Positions 39,301 through 48,584 are shown, numbered from the stretch's first letter. The stretch is DNA of 54,658 bases from Akkermansiaceae bacterium (GCA_051251915.1 JBPOGF010000023.1:1-54658); one strand, 5' to 3'. The notes: generated from the letters alone by a model not told the origin. Made by a program: numbers and translations.

Positions 39301-39640
39301 TGGTGCTCTGCGGTTCTGGGGTTATGAGGTTGAGTCTAGCACGGTGCAGACTAGTAGGCCGCGTTGGCAGGTGGGTGCTAGTGGTGAGGGGACTGTTGTT
39401 CTGAGGGAGGGGGAAGGTTTGATTAATGCGTCTTACCGTTTTCCTTCTGCTGTTGGGGAGAGTGTTGTTACTCAGTATAGTACGGATTTAATCACTTGGT
39501 ATGATAATCCTCCGGGGTTGCTTGATAGTAGGTCGATCAATTCTCAGGGGGAGGTGCAGGGTGTATGGAATCTGCCGATGGATAGTCTTCTTTCCCGGCA
39601 GAATGAACGGTTGTTTCTGAGGATTAAGACGGAGGATTAA
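36329..39640 (+). CDS. Secreted multidomain sulfatase (S1 family) with Ca-binding DxDxDG repeats
   Basis: Signal peptide; DSDGDGLSD-type repeats; PNIVFIMIDD, CHSCR, GKW, PPH, SDNG, YEGGIRAP, ELFDL..DP.E. Confidence 0.9.
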   Translation: MIHVLILFTGLLVIAESVVAGSLVINEADAPADAIVSQAVAGSFTRSFENSSNNGKTTRGNTFLMPDMGNSFPGYKVTGLTLRKDEQQSFGAGDELQLWLFAWDPADDGSDGSSWTQAGTNGLQDGDPLSGTGMSGLLVDTYSLSGMTFNDESFFTFDFTANPLYLAKNKVYGFVVGCVDGGGDGGSYFQYREGSPSTYADGVQIRNQGLISGNSVYSPRDVTFFVRGVEIDEGIYATDSDGDGLSDVWEAMNFQGLAESGGGDADGDGVDNEAEETAGTDPNEADSDEDGLEDGVEIAGPTDPLDADSDDDGLLDGVESGTGVYVSGSDTGTDAMLDDSDDDGFMDGVEISRGSDPSDGGHVPGELPNIVFIMIDDLDVREIGVYGQATLKTPRVDAMAGEGMMFTDYYTASPVCHSCRSSLITGQDSRRSQDRFNSSLNLEASRVTIGEVLKEAGYTTGCVGKWGMGTSTGTGAPWKQGFDFFCGYLSQVNAHRFFPKYLWRNDQKIYFDQTLASSEGGSLYIPGAANLNGITKAWTDDFGNVCSHDVVVSEGLKFIEDNVAKPFFLYCAWTPPHAYMYPAATLVALTDADGLVYDPMDLDQTMINEVYPGAPFGGTAASPDFNNHCYASMVSAADRDTGRILDKLVELGIDDKTLVIFCSDNGEDEPTFLTAAHLKAGYEDLRGAKKDTYEGGIRAPFVAWWPGEISAGTSSDVVGTFADMLPTFAEMAGLTTPMQVTGRSILPILRGGGEADLQDRDYHYWSFREHSNGLFRRWRTVRQGDWKIVRDRDNSGGVPSYELFDLGVDPYETNDLSASESVVLGRLIPLVEGTHEVPVATYFRADDEFYSKTNLAAAGYVIDTPDGSGASNGYSLTASGVGSGFNYLPFSDGVTGEVSFDWVMQFPAGGAGSFLVSGVNSTGGSLKVRIDADDLRLEVIRNGGVVTSGALAEGDVPSGMAECVMRFNPATGVGEVEVGAVTLDFDLAASFGALRFWGYEVESSTVQTSRPRWQVGASGEGTVVLREGEGLINASYRFPSAVGESVVTQYSTDLITWYDNPPGLLDSRSINSQGEVQGVWNLPMDSLLSRQNERLFLRIKTED

Positions 39641-39655
39641 GACTTGGGGGGAGGA

Positions 39656-40672
39656 TTATGTGGCTGGTGCTATTTTCTGTAGGGCTAGGGAGCAGAGGAA
39701 TAGGATGAGGCAGATGATGAGCCAGATCCAGCCGAACTGGGCAACGAAGCAGGCGTCTAGGAGGCAGAAGCCGGCGAGGCATTTTGAGACGTAGTTGCCT
39801 TTATTTTTATCGATAAATGAGAAGGCGTAGGTGAGCCAGATGGCGTAGATGCCGATGGCTGTGAAGGTTTGGATCTGGAAGGATTGGTTAGAGATGGCGA
39901 GGGTGAGAGGGAGTGCTAGCATGGTGTAGCGGAGGAGTTTCCTCCAGGTGATGGGGCTGTCTGAGGACTCGGTGCGTGCTACGCTGGCGAAGGCGATGGT
40001 GTAGATGGCGACGGCGGAGGCGTAGAGGATGATGGGGAGGATGAAGTAGGGGGATGTGATGGAGGTTTCTACATTGGATTCGCTTAGATTATAGCTGGTT
40101 GTGAGCCATGCTGTGATGCTAGCTGCGAATATTACGAGGGATAGTCTGCAGAGGCCGATGAGAGGGAGTCCGATTATGGGGTATCGTTTATGAAAGATGC
40201 TGTAGAGAACGATGGCTGAGAATAGGAAAGGAACAGCGGTCATTTGTTGCCATGAATAGTCTGCTGATTTGGGGCTGATTCCGTATGAGGTTATGGGGTT
40301 TGGGATGTAATGAAATACTACGGGAAGCAAGAGACCTATGAGTAGCATGGACCATGCAGAAATAGAGATGAGTTTTTTTGATAGTAGGCCGGATGGTATT
40401 GGGCGATTAGGTTTATGTTTTTTATCAAATTCTGAATCTATGGCATCGCCTAGAAAGCATCCGCCGACGTAGAGAAGAGTAGAAGAGAGGATGAGGGAAA
40501 TGGCTACTAGGTAGAATGCTCCAGTAGGAAATTCTTGATCGCTGGAAAATAGCTGTTGAGAGACAGGACTTAGATTGAGGAGAATTAGGGTAGCAGTTAG
40601 GCAGTTGCACCAGACTGTGGGGAGGTTGGAGATGCGGCCTGTGGCTAGGAGGGCTTTGAGTTTGGTGGGCAT
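39656..40672 (-). CDS. UbiA family prenyltransferase (EboC-like)
   Basis: RISNLPTVW, GDAIDSEFD...PNRPIPSG, GLCR; multi-TM; directly downstream of eboE. Confidence 0.88.
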   Translation of the reverse strand: MPTKLKALLATGRISNLPTVWCNCLTATLILLNLSPVSQQLFSSDQEFPTGAFYLVAISLILSSTLLYVGGCFLGDAIDSEFDKKHKPNRPIPSGLLSKKLISISAWSMLLIGLLLPVVFHYIPNPITSYGISPKSADYSWQQMTAVPFLFSAIVLYSIFHKRYPIIGLPLIGLCRLSLVIFAASITAWLTTSYNLSESNVETSITSPYFILPIILYASAVAIYTIAFASVARTESSDSPITWRKLLRYTMLALPLTLAISNQSFQIQTFTAIGIYAIWLTYAFSFIDKNKGNYVSKCLAGFCLLDACFVAQFGWIWLIICLILFLCSLALQKIAPAT

Positions 40673-40677
40673 TGCTG

Positions 40678-41847
40678 TTAGACTGAGGGTGGTGTTGCGG
40701 TTTCTAGGACCCAGAGGTGTTCTGCGGTGAGTTGGTCTTCGATGGGGGCTTGGAGGTCGTCTGGGAGGACTCCCCAGGTGTAGGTTTCCATTTCTAGGTG
40801 GGAGCAGGTGTGTGGGTGCTGTGCTAGGTAGTGGAGGGTGTCTATGGTGTGCTGGATTGTGGAGGAGAATGGTTTTTGTGGATCGGCGTGGAGGGGGATG
40901 TGGAAGTGGACGCGGGCTGAGAGAGGATTGACCGGTAATTTTTGATCGGAGGAGAGGGCGTCTTCGATGTCTTTGTGTTTGGTTACCTTTCCAGTGGAGT
41001 CTTGGATCATGACTTGGTGGAGGTAGGTGGGTTCGTCGAATTTGGCGATGAGGTTTAGGTTGTTAGAGTTTGTTAGGTCTATTTCTAGGGCGTTTGAGAG
41101 GTGGACTTTTGAGATGCGGAGGCCGGCGTCTGTTAGAGAGTTTAGGGCGGTGGCGGCTTCTTCGTATTGGAGGGCGAAGTGGCAGGTGTCGTAGTTGATG
41201 CCGAGGCGCTTGTAGATGATTTCTGTGGGTAAGTTTTTATTTGTGGCCCAGGTGGTGAATCTTTTGAAGAAGGCGAGGGTTTCTTCGGTATTCTCGAAGT
41301 GTCCGAGGGGTTCTGGTTCTAGGCCTAGGTGGAGGTCTTTCTCGTGGAGTGCGGAGAGGGTTTCTAGGAGGCGGGCTGTGGCGTAGAGGTTGGCGAAGAT
41401 TTTGTTTTCGTCGGCTTGGAATTCTTTGAATGAGCCGGGGAGTGTGGAGACGGATCCGCCTATGGAATTTGGTGCTAGCTCGGCGATGATGCTGATGAGG
41501 TCTGCGGTGTAGGTGAGGCGCTCATCGGTGGTCCAGTCTGGTTTGTAGACGTTTTCTTTGACACGGGTGTTATGGAATGCGCCGTAGGGGAATCCGTTGA
41601 TGGTGTAGACGTAGAGGCTTTCTGAGTAGAGCCAGTATTTGAAGTCAGCTAGGTTTTCGCCTTGGAGGAGCTCTTCTGCTGCACGGGCGGAAAGTCTGAG
41701 GCCGATGGGGTAGCTGGCTTCGTGGTTGCGGGTGGCGGCGAGGACTTTGTCGCGGACTGTTAGGGTGTGCTTTTTGAGGGCGGTTAGGGTTTCTTGCCAG
41801 CTTTCGGCTGGGTGGATGTTGGTGCAGTAGCAGAGGTGTTCGAGCAT
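40678..41847 (-). CDS. eboE: Metabolite traffic protein EboE (TIM barrel)
   Basis: YCTNIHP, TINGFPYG.FH..VKE.VY.PDW, LEPEP, DTCH, YLHQ, RVHFHIP, HLEMETYTW. Confidence 0.92.
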   Translation of the reverse strand: MLEHLCYCTNIHPAESWQETLTALKKHTLTVRDKVLAATRNHEASYPIGLRLSARAAEELLQGENLADFKYWLYSESLYVYTINGFPYGAFHNTRVKENVYKPDWTTDERLTYTADLISIIAELAPNSIGGSVSTLPGSFKEFQADENKIFANLYATARLLETLSALHEKDLHLGLEPEPLGHFENTEETLAFFKRFTTWATNKNLPTEIIYKRLGINYDTCHFALQYEEAATALNSLTDAGLRISKVHLSNALEIDLTNSNNLNLIAKFDEPTYLHQVMIQDSTGKVTKHKDIEDALSSDQKLPVNPLSARVHFHIPLHADPQKPFSSTIQHTIDTLHYLAQHPHTCSHLEMETYTWGVLPDDLQAPIEDQLTAEHLWVLETATPPSV

Positions 41848-41943
41848 GGTGGTGGGGCTTCGCCCGTCATTGGTCAATTGTCAATGGTCATTGGGCTTGG
41901 TTGATGAAGCGGTTGTTGATTTGTAAAATGTTAGATTGTGAGC

Positions 41944-42192
41944 TTACTTGAGCTTGTTGTAGCGGTTTTCTAGGAATTTCCAGAAGAGGAAGCTGAAGAT
42001 TAGTCCTAGTATGAGGAAGGAGGGGGTGGTGTAGTATACAGTGGGGGTCCAGGGAATACCGCCTCGTAAATGGAGGTAGAGAATGGCGAAGGTTGCCATA
42101 GGGATGCCCCAGAGTAGTATTCCGAACTTAAATATGAATTTGGCTTTGCCTTTTTTACGGAGTAGTTCCCATTGGTCTTCGAAGGTTTTCAT
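41944..42192 (-). CDS. Small two-TM hypothetical protein
   Basis: 82 aa, W...RKKGK..F....G.L.WG pattern, two hydrophobic helices. Confidence 0.7.
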   Translation of the reverse strand: MKTFEDQWELLRKKGKAKFIFKFGILLWGIPMATFAILYLHLRGGIPWTPTVYYTTPSFLILGLIFSFLFWKFLENRYNKLK

Positions 42193-42240
42193 GTGGTGGA
42201 GTGATCGGTTAGGGGTGATCAGTGATGGAGGTGGGTTTTG

Positions 42241-43050
42241 TTATGGGGTTTCTGGGAGTTTGAAGTTTTTGCATTGTTTGAGGAAGCGTGCTGGGTTTTC
42301 GAAGATGACTTTTTGGACGGTTTTGAAGGTGTGTTGGCGTTTACGCATTTCGAGGGCGCATTTGACGACGGCGAGTGGGTCTGAGATGCCCCAGTCGCAG
42401 GCGGAGTTCATCCAGATGTTTTCCATGCCGAATGTTTCTAGCATGTCGATGGCGCGGGCGGCGGTGCATTTTGATTCTGGGTAGAGTGTCATGCCGGCCC
42501 AGAATCCGTTATCGAGGACGATGCCTGCGGTGTGTTCTTCGACGTGGTCAATGACGACGCGTGCTGGGTCTACGTTGGCGTTTTTGAGTGCGTCGATGAT
42601 GAGTTTGGTGCCTTTAAGTTTGTCTTCTAGGTGTGGGGTGTGGATGAGGATGGGGAGGTCGTATTTCTTGGCCATTTCGACGTGTTCTTCGAAGATGGCG
42701 AGTTCGCTTTTTGTGTTTTTGTTGAGGCCGATTTCTCCGATGCCTAGGACGTTTGGTTTGTCGATGAACTCGGGGATGATTTGGAGGACTTCACGGGCAA
42801 ATCCTGCGTCTTCGGATTCTTTGGGGTTGATACAGAGCCAGCAGTAGTGTGGGATGCCGAATTTGGCGGCGCGTGCTGGTTCGTATTCGGTGAGTTGGCG
42901 GTAGTAGTCGAAGAAGCCTTGTGCTGAGGCGCGGTCATAGCCTGCCCAGAATGCGGGTTCACAGAGTGCTGCGCAGCCGGCGATGGCGAGTTGTTGGTAG
43001 TCAGCGGTGGTGCGGCTGACCATGTGTGCGTGTGGTTCGATGTAGTGCAT
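42241..43050 (-). CDS. TatD family hydrolase (EboB-like)
   Basis: PHAHM.SRT..DY, EPAFW.G, NPKE, GIGEIG, HTPH, DH, NSACDWG.SDPL. Confidence 0.9.
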   Translation of the reverse strand: MHYIEPHAHMVSRTTADYQQLAIAGCAALCEPAFWAGYDRASAQGFFDYYRQLTEYEPARAAKFGIPHYCWLCINPKESEDAGFAREVLQIIPEFIDKPNVLGIGEIGLNKNTKSELAIFEEHVEMAKKYDLPILIHTPHLEDKLKGTKLIIDALKNANVDPARVVIDHVEEHTAGIVLDNGFWAGMTLYPESKCTAARAIDMLETFGMENIWMNSACDWGISDPLAVVKCALEMRKRQHTFKTVQKVIFENPARFLKQCKNFKLPETP

Positions 43051-43110
43051 GGGAAAATTGTTATTGGTTATTTGTTAGTTCTTATTAGGGGGGGACTCTG
43101 GGGAGTCATT

Positions 43111-43377
43111 TTATTTGGTTTGGGGGGCGCCGTAGGCTACTTGGATGGTGGCGGCGTCTTCTGGTATGGTGGTGTGATCTGAGAGGGTGTTGAGGACGGC
43201 TGCGGCTCGGTTTCCTTTGGTGTCGAGCATGGTTTGGAGGGCATTTAGGAAGCCTTCTTGGCGGAAGTCTGTCTCGCCTTCATGGCGGTCTAGGCGATCT
43301 AGGTAGGATGCGATGTCTAGGAGCTTGGCGCGAGAGTCCATGAAGTAGAGGTCGAGGATGTCGGTTTTCGTAGGCAT
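43111..43377 (-). CDS. Small conserved hypothetical protein
   Basis: LDLYFMDSRAKLLDIASYLDRLDR helical motif; start at MPTKT. Confidence 0.75.
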   Translation of the reverse strand: MPTKTDILDLYFMDSRAKLLDIASYLDRLDRHEGETDFRQEGFLNALQTMLDTKGNRAAAVLNTLSDHTTIPEDAATIQVAYGAPQTK

Positions 43378-43470
43378 GGTTTTAAAGTAATGGTTGAGTG
43401 TTAGTTTGGGTAGTGTTTTCTGCTGTTTTTGGGTAGTTAAAATAACAAGGGTGTAGTTACGTAGCAAATT

Positions 43471-43707
43471 TTAATTTTTATCCATATTTTCGATGAATTC
43501 GAGAGCTTTGCTGAGGCTGGATTGTTTGAGAAAGTGGTTGAGTTGTTGGGGGAGGCTTTTAGCTTCATTGGTCCATTGGGTGATGTCCTCGCTCACGCTC
43601 TGGAGTTGGCGGAGCTGTTCGTCTGGGTTTGTGTCGCGTAATTGGGTGTCGGCGATGATTTGGAGTCGCTTTTCGAGTAGGGATCTTAGTTTGGAGTAGT
43701 CGTTCAT
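43471..43707 (-). CDS. Small helical hypothetical protein
   Basis: 78 aa, co-oriented with the ebo-like genes; L.HFL.Q.S..KALEF end. Confidence 0.7.
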   Translation of the reverse strand: MNDYSKLRSLLEKRLQIIADTQLRDTNPDEQLRQLQSVSEDITQWTNEAKSLPQQLNHFLKQSSLSKALEFIENMDKN

Positions 43708-43810
43708 GTGTTGGATTTATGTTTAGCAACATTTTGGAGAATGAACAGAAATTGTATGGAGACAGATTAGATAGTGGACTTGCGGGGAGTTGGTATCTAG
43801 TGTTCGCGTT

Positions 43811-45433
43811 ATGGAAATACACGAATATTTTGGAGTGATCGACTGGATAGTAGTCTTCGGTTATATGGCGCTGACTACGCTGGTGGGACATGCGCTCCGA
43901 GGGCAGCAGGCTACGATCAAGGATTTCTTTCTTGGTGGTAAATCGTTGCCTTGGCCGGCTGTGAGTGGCTCTATTATTGCGACGGAGATTAGTGCGCTTA
44001 CTTTTATTGGTGTTCCTGGGACGGTGTTTGCTTTGAATGGTGATTTTACGTATTTGGTGTGGGGGATTGGTTCGATTATGGCGCGATTCTTTGTGGGGTT
44101 TTATTTGGTGCCTTTGTATTATCAGAAGGAGATATTTAGCCCGTATGATTTCATGGGGAATCAGTTGGGTGAGAGAGTGAAGAAGTTGGTTACTGTGCTC
44201 TTTAGTATGGGGTCAATCTTGGGGCAAAGTGTGAGGGTGTTGGTGACGGCGATTATTCTCAAAGTGGTGACGGGGATGCCGATGGAGTGGTGTATTGTGG
44301 TGATTGGAATTTTTGCGGTGGTATGGACTTTGATGGGAGGAATGCGGACGGTGATCTGGACAGATGTGATGCAGTTTTTTGTATTTATTATTGGTGGCGT
44401 GATTGCTCTTGTTTGGTTGCTTAATGCTGTGGGTTGGGATCAATTTGTGGCTATTAACTCAAGTGTGACAGGCTCTGAGGGGCAGTTGGTTGATAAGTTT
44501 AAGTGGTTTGATATGACTTCGCCGTTTGAAGATCCGATGGTGCAGTATACGTTTTGGGTGGCGGTGATAGCGATGCCATTCCAGAATGTGGCGGCTTTTG
44601 GTACTGACCAGTTGAATGCTCAGAGAATGTTTTGTTGTGGGACTGAATCAGATGCTCGTAAGGCGATCATTTGGAGTAGCGTTTCACAGGTGATTACATT
44701 GTTGATGTTGATGGTGGGAACAGGGTTATTTGCTTGGTATGTGGTGCATGAGCCTACTGTGCAAGAGCAGGCGATGTTTGCGAAAGATAGTAATAATGTG
44801 TTTCCAATTTGGATTGTGACGGTGCTTCCTACAGGATTGAAGGGCTTGATTATTGCTGGGGCTTTTGCGGCTGCTGTATCGAGTTTGGATTCGATATTGG
44901 CGGCACTTTCACAGACTAGTCTGTCTGCATTTTATGGGAAGAAGTATATGGAAGAGAATGGTGGAGATAAGAAAATGGTGGTGAAGTCGAGGATGTTGGT
45001 TCTTGGGTGGGCTGTGATTCTTTCTACGGTTTCTGTTTTACTGAGTCTTAACTATCAAGAGGGTGGCGATAAGGACTTGATTGGATTGGCATTTAGGATG
45101 GTGGCGTATGTTTATGGTGCTCTGTTAGGGATTCTTATTTTGGCGATATGTCCGTGGAAATCACAGGCTAGTTTCCGAGGGATTCTAGTTGGCGTGATTT
45201 TCTCAGTTCTGGTAGCAGCATGGGCTTTGCCAGATGTGTATAATCTTATTAAAGGGTTAGAAATCATGGAGAACCCAGAAGAGGTATTCCATAAGCCATC
45301 CATTAGTTTTGCGTGGTTCTATCCAATTAATACGATTGTGACTGTATTCTTTGGGTTGTTGATCCCCGGGTCAAATACTGAGGATGGTAAAGATTTCAGT
45401 GATAAAATCTTGAAGAGAAAAATTGGTGAATAA
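43811..45433 (+). CDS. Sodium:solute symporter family transporter
   Basis: DFFLGG, SIIATEISA, GGMRTVIWTDVMQ, GTDQ..AQR, AAAVSS.DS. Confidence 0.93.
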   Translation: MEIHEYFGVIDWIVVFGYMALTTLVGHALRGQQATIKDFFLGGKSLPWPAVSGSIIATEISALTFIGVPGTVFALNGDFTYLVWGIGSIMARFFVGFYLVPLYYQKEIFSPYDFMGNQLGERVKKLVTVLFSMGSILGQSVRVLVTAIILKVVTGMPMEWCIVVIGIFAVVWTLMGGMRTVIWTDVMQFFVFIIGGVIALVWLLNAVGWDQFVAINSSVTGSEGQLVDKFKWFDMTSPFEDPMVQYTFWVAVIAMPFQNVAAFGTDQLNAQRMFCCGTESDARKAIIWSSVSQVITLLMLMVGTGLFAWYVVHEPTVQEQAMFAKDSNNVFPIWIVTVLPTGLKGLIIAGAFAAAVSSLDSILAALSQTSLSAFYGKKYMEENGGDKKMVVKSRMLVLGWAVILSTVSVLLSLNYQEGGDKDLIGLAFRMVAYVYGALLGILILAICPWKSQASFRGILVGVIFSVLVAAWALPDVYNLIKGLEIMENPEEVFHKPSISFAWFYPINTIVTVFFGLLIPGSNTEDGKDFSDKILKRKIGE

Positions 45434-45483
45434 TTTATAAAATGTGAATTGACCACTCAGTCAGAAAGCGGTACCAAATATCT

Positions 45484-46197
45484 ATGAAACCAATCTACGA
45501 AGGAAAAGCGAAGCGACTTTATACTACAGATGATCCTAATGTGCTCCGCATGGAGTATAAGGATGAGGCTACTGCATTTAATGCTGAGAAGAAGGCTGAG
45601 TTTGAAAACAAGGGTAAGCTTAATACTGCGATTACTCTAGCGTTGTATAAGATGCTAGAGGCTAAGGGTGTGGAGACTCACCTGCTGGATCAGGTAGATG
45701 AGATTAATCTATTGGTTAAAAACGTGGATATTCTTATGGTTGAGGTGATCGTCCGTAACATAGCTGCTGGTTCATTTAGCAAGCGTATGGGCGTGGAAGA
45801 GGGGACTGTGTTTAAAACTCCTATAGTGGAATTTTCATACAAATCTGACGCATTAGGTGATCCGCTCATCAATGATGACTATGCTCGTGAGATGGGGTTA
45901 GCGACTCCTGCGGAGTGTGCTGAACTGAAGGAGAAAGCTTTGATCGTGAACGAGGTGATGATTGATTTCTTCAAGCGTTGTGGTTTGAAGCTTGTTGATT
46001 TCAAGATTGAGTTTGGACGCACGAAGGATGCAGATGCTAAGATTGTGTTAGCTGATGAGGTGAGCCCGGACACATGCCGACTATGGGATATGGAGACTGG
46101 TAAGAAAATGGATAAGGATCGTTTCCGTCAGGATTTAGGAGACGTGATGGGGGCTTATGAAGAAGTTCTCAAGCGTGTTGAGGAGGCTATTTCTTAG
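45484..46197 (+). CDS. purC: SAICAR synthetase
   Basis: YEGKAK, EVIVRN.AAGS, YKSD.LGDP, LVDFKIEFG, LADEVSPDTCRLWD. Confidence 0.98.
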   Translation: MKPIYEGKAKRLYTTDDPNVLRMEYKDEATAFNAEKKAEFENKGKLNTAITLALYKMLEAKGVETHLLDQVDEINLLVKNVDILMVEVIVRNIAAGSFSKRMGVEEGTVFKTPIVEFSYKSDALGDPLINDDYAREMGLATPAECAELKEKALIVNEVMIDFFKRCGLKLVDFKIEFGRTKDADAKIVLADEVSPDTCRLWDMETGKKMDKDRFRQDLGDVMGAYEEVLKRVEEAIS

Positions 46198-46220
46198 GTT
46201 ATCTGAAGATAGAATTTACG

Positions 46221-46257
46221 AAAAATGCCACTGAGGAGAATTCCTTAGTGGCATTTT
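46221..46257. terminator. Bidirectional terminator
   Basis: AAAATGCCACT..AGTGGCATTTT between convergent genes. Confidence 0.85.
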
Positions 46258-46283
46258 AGTTTGAAGTTATGGGTTGCGGTGGT

Positions 46284-46733
46284 TTATTGGTTAGTCATCC
46301 AGTCGGAGACTTTGTTTTGGCTGTCGAATTCGACTGTGGCGGCTGTGCGCTGGACGTAGTAAACTTCTGGACCAAATCCGATGCCGTATCCAGGTCCATA
46401 CCAGCCACGTCTACCGTAGCCATAGTTGGCATATTGGCGAAAACTGCTGGTATAAACTGGACTAGAGCTAGAGTAGACCCATTTTTCGAATGATTTACCA
46501 TTGCGACTACCGGCGGAGAGGCCAGAGGGTTTGCCCCAAGCTATTAGGACCCCGTCTTTGTGCATGCCTCGTTTGATTTGTCCTTGCTGGGCGAGTGCTT
46601 TATCGCTAGTAGATAGTTTTTCAAACATGGCAGGGTTTTTAGCAATGCGAACTGCTGGGGTGCTGGGGGCGCAGCTGTTTGCTAATAAAGCCACAGATAC
46701 AGAGAGGACAGCTAAGATGATTTGTTTTTTCAT
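46284..46733 (-). CDS. Lipoprotein, hypothetical
   Basis: Lipobox-like ANS-C; G.I..GM....V..AWGKP..E.WVY pattern. Confidence 0.85.
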   Translation of the reverse strand: MKKQIILAVLSVSVALLANSCAPSTPAVRIAKNPAMFEKLSTSDKALAQQGQIKRGMHKDGVLIAWGKPSGLSAGSRNGKSFEKWVYSSSSPVYTSSFRQYANYGYGRRGWYGPGYGIGFGPEVYYVQRTAATVEFDSQNKVSDWMTNQ

Positions 46734-46836
46734 TGTGCATTACTATAAACAAATTTTGGCGCAACGCAAATAGCGGATTTGATGAAAGTGGTGAGTTTCG
46801 GATTGATTATTTTTTAAATCCCTCTAACGCAGAGCA

Positions 46837-47757
46837 GTGAATTATATCTCTACTTTTCTTAAAGGCTTTGCCATGGGTGCTGCTAATGTTATCCCTGGAG
46901 TTTCAGGTGGCACGATTGCTTTCGTTACTGGTATTTATGAACGACTGATAAATGCGATTAAGTCGTTTGATAGTGAAGCGCTTAAGTTGCTTTTGAGTAG
47001 ACAATTTTCAGTTTTATTTAATCATGTGGATGCAGGATTTCTTGCGGCTTTGATGTCTGGTGTGTTTGTTGCCTTGTTGACTCTTGCTCGGGCATTGAAG
47101 TATGGTTTTGAGTATTATCCGGTTCTTGTTTCTGCTCTCTTTTTTGGTCTGATTGCGGCGTCTATTTGGTCCATTTTTAAAATGGTAAAACAATGGTCTG
47201 GTGGAGCAGTGATCGGATTATTAATCGGTTGCGGTATTGCTGTTTCCATGGCGTTTATGCCACAGGCGCAGGAGAATCAGAATGTTATTTATCTGATGGT
47301 CTGTGGGGTGGTAGCGATGTGTAGCATGATCATTCCTGGGGTTTCTGGCTCGTTTGTGCTGATCCTGATGGGTAACTATAACCTTATAATGGTCAATTCA
47401 CTGACTAAGCTTGGTGATATGAATTTTAAGGATGCACTCACTGTTCTTGTGCCTGTTGGGATTGGTGCGGTGTTGGGGATGGTGGTGTTGTCACGTCTTC
47501 TCAGTTGGTTGTTTAAGAGATTTCACGATGTTGCGGTGGCTACGATCACCGGGTTTGTAGCAGGGTCTCTTGTTACCATTTGGCCATGGAAAAGTCCGAT
47601 CACTCAAGTCTTTGGTGAGAAGGAGAAAATCATTGGTTACACCCGTTATTTTCCTGAGATTGATGGCCAATTCTGGATAGCCTCACTCGTCATTTTGGTG
47701 GGAGCAGCTTTGATGATTGGTATTGAAGTGATGGGGAAGGATAAATCTAAGGGGTAG
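46837..47757 (+). CDS. DUF368 family membrane protein
   Basis: GFAMGAANVIPGVSGGTIA, MIIPGVSGS, WPWK. Confidence 0.92.
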   Translation: MNYISTFLKGFAMGAANVIPGVSGGTIAFVTGIYERLINAIKSFDSEALKLLLSRQFSVLFNHVDAGFLAALMSGVFVALLTLARALKYGFEYYPVLVSALFFGLIAASIWSIFKMVKQWSGGAVIGLLIGCGIAVSMAFMPQAQENQNVIYLMVCGVVAMCSMIIPGVSGSFVLILMGNYNLIMVNSLTKLGDMNFKDALTVLVPVGIGAVLGMVVLSRLLSWLFKRFHDVAVATITGFVAGSLVTIWPWKSPITQVFGEKEKIIGYTRYFPEIDGQFWIASLVILVGAALMIGIEVMGKDKSKG

Positions 47758-48562
47758 ATATAGTGTAGGTGTTTCCTTGGATGTCGTAGAATGTCTCGAT
47801 GGATTCACATTTGCGGGTTCTATAGCCTAAGCCGATCCAGCTGTTTGAGTCACTTTGACAATAGCTAGTGACTGTTGCTCCTGGCTTTCCTTCGCAGTTC
47901 TTTTCAGGGTAGAGTTCTAGTGGTGTTTCTATGGGGTGCTCAAAGCTAAATCCTACTAGATGTTTGTTTGTTTTTCCTGCAGATTTCATTCTAGAGATTA
48001 CTTCCTGTCCTGTGTAGCAGCCTTTGGTGTAAGAGATGGCACGGGTTTCTATGCCGGCTTCAGGAGGTAAGGTGTCTTCATCTAGCTCTTTCCCCCAAGA
48101 TGGTATTTTATTAGAGATTCTAAGCTTTTCCCACTCAGTATCTCTCGTTACTATAGGTAAGTTTTCTGATTTAGGGAGAAGGTAGTCGCGCCCGGCTTGA
48201 CCATAGCGATCGCACTCCCAGCTTGTATTTGATGGAGCAATGTCTTCTTCGTCAATCGTGTGAAAAAGGCTGTAGAGAGCTGAGATGTCTTCAATCTCGG
48301 CATCGTCTGCGATGAGGTATTTGTCTAGCCTCGCGATTAAACTCTCACTCTGCGAAGGTGAGGTGTCGATTAAGAGGTCACCCTGATAGGTGCGTATGTA
48401 AAAATCTCCTTGGATCTTACCTTTGAAGCTGGCGACTATTGAATAAACAGCTAGTTCCTCGCTGGCGAGCTTTACGTTTTGGCTGACTTGGCCATTGATA
48501 TAACGCACAGCATCACTGCCGCTCACACGAAGGATAGTTCTTTTAGATAGATCTTGGATCAT
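47747..48562 (-). CDS. ygfZ: Folate-binding Fe-S repair protein YgfZ / GcvT-like
   Basis: KGCYTGQE signature; G.DA.RY.NGQ. Confidence 0.9.
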   Translation of the reverse strand: MIQDLSKRTILRVSGSDAVRYINGQVSQNVKLASEELAVYSIVASFKGKIQGDFYIRTYQGDLLIDTSPSQSESLIARLDKYLIADDAEIEDISALYSLFHTIDEEDIAPSNTSWECDRYGQAGRDYLLPKSENLPIVTRDTEWEKLRISNKIPSWGKELDEDTLPPEAGIETRAISYTKGCYTGQEVISRMKSAGKTNKHLVGFSFEHPIETPLELYPEKNCEGKPGATVTSYCQSDSNSWIGLGYRTRKCESIETFYDIQGNTYTISTP

Positions 48563-48584
48563 GATTTTTGAGGTTGTTGTTGGT

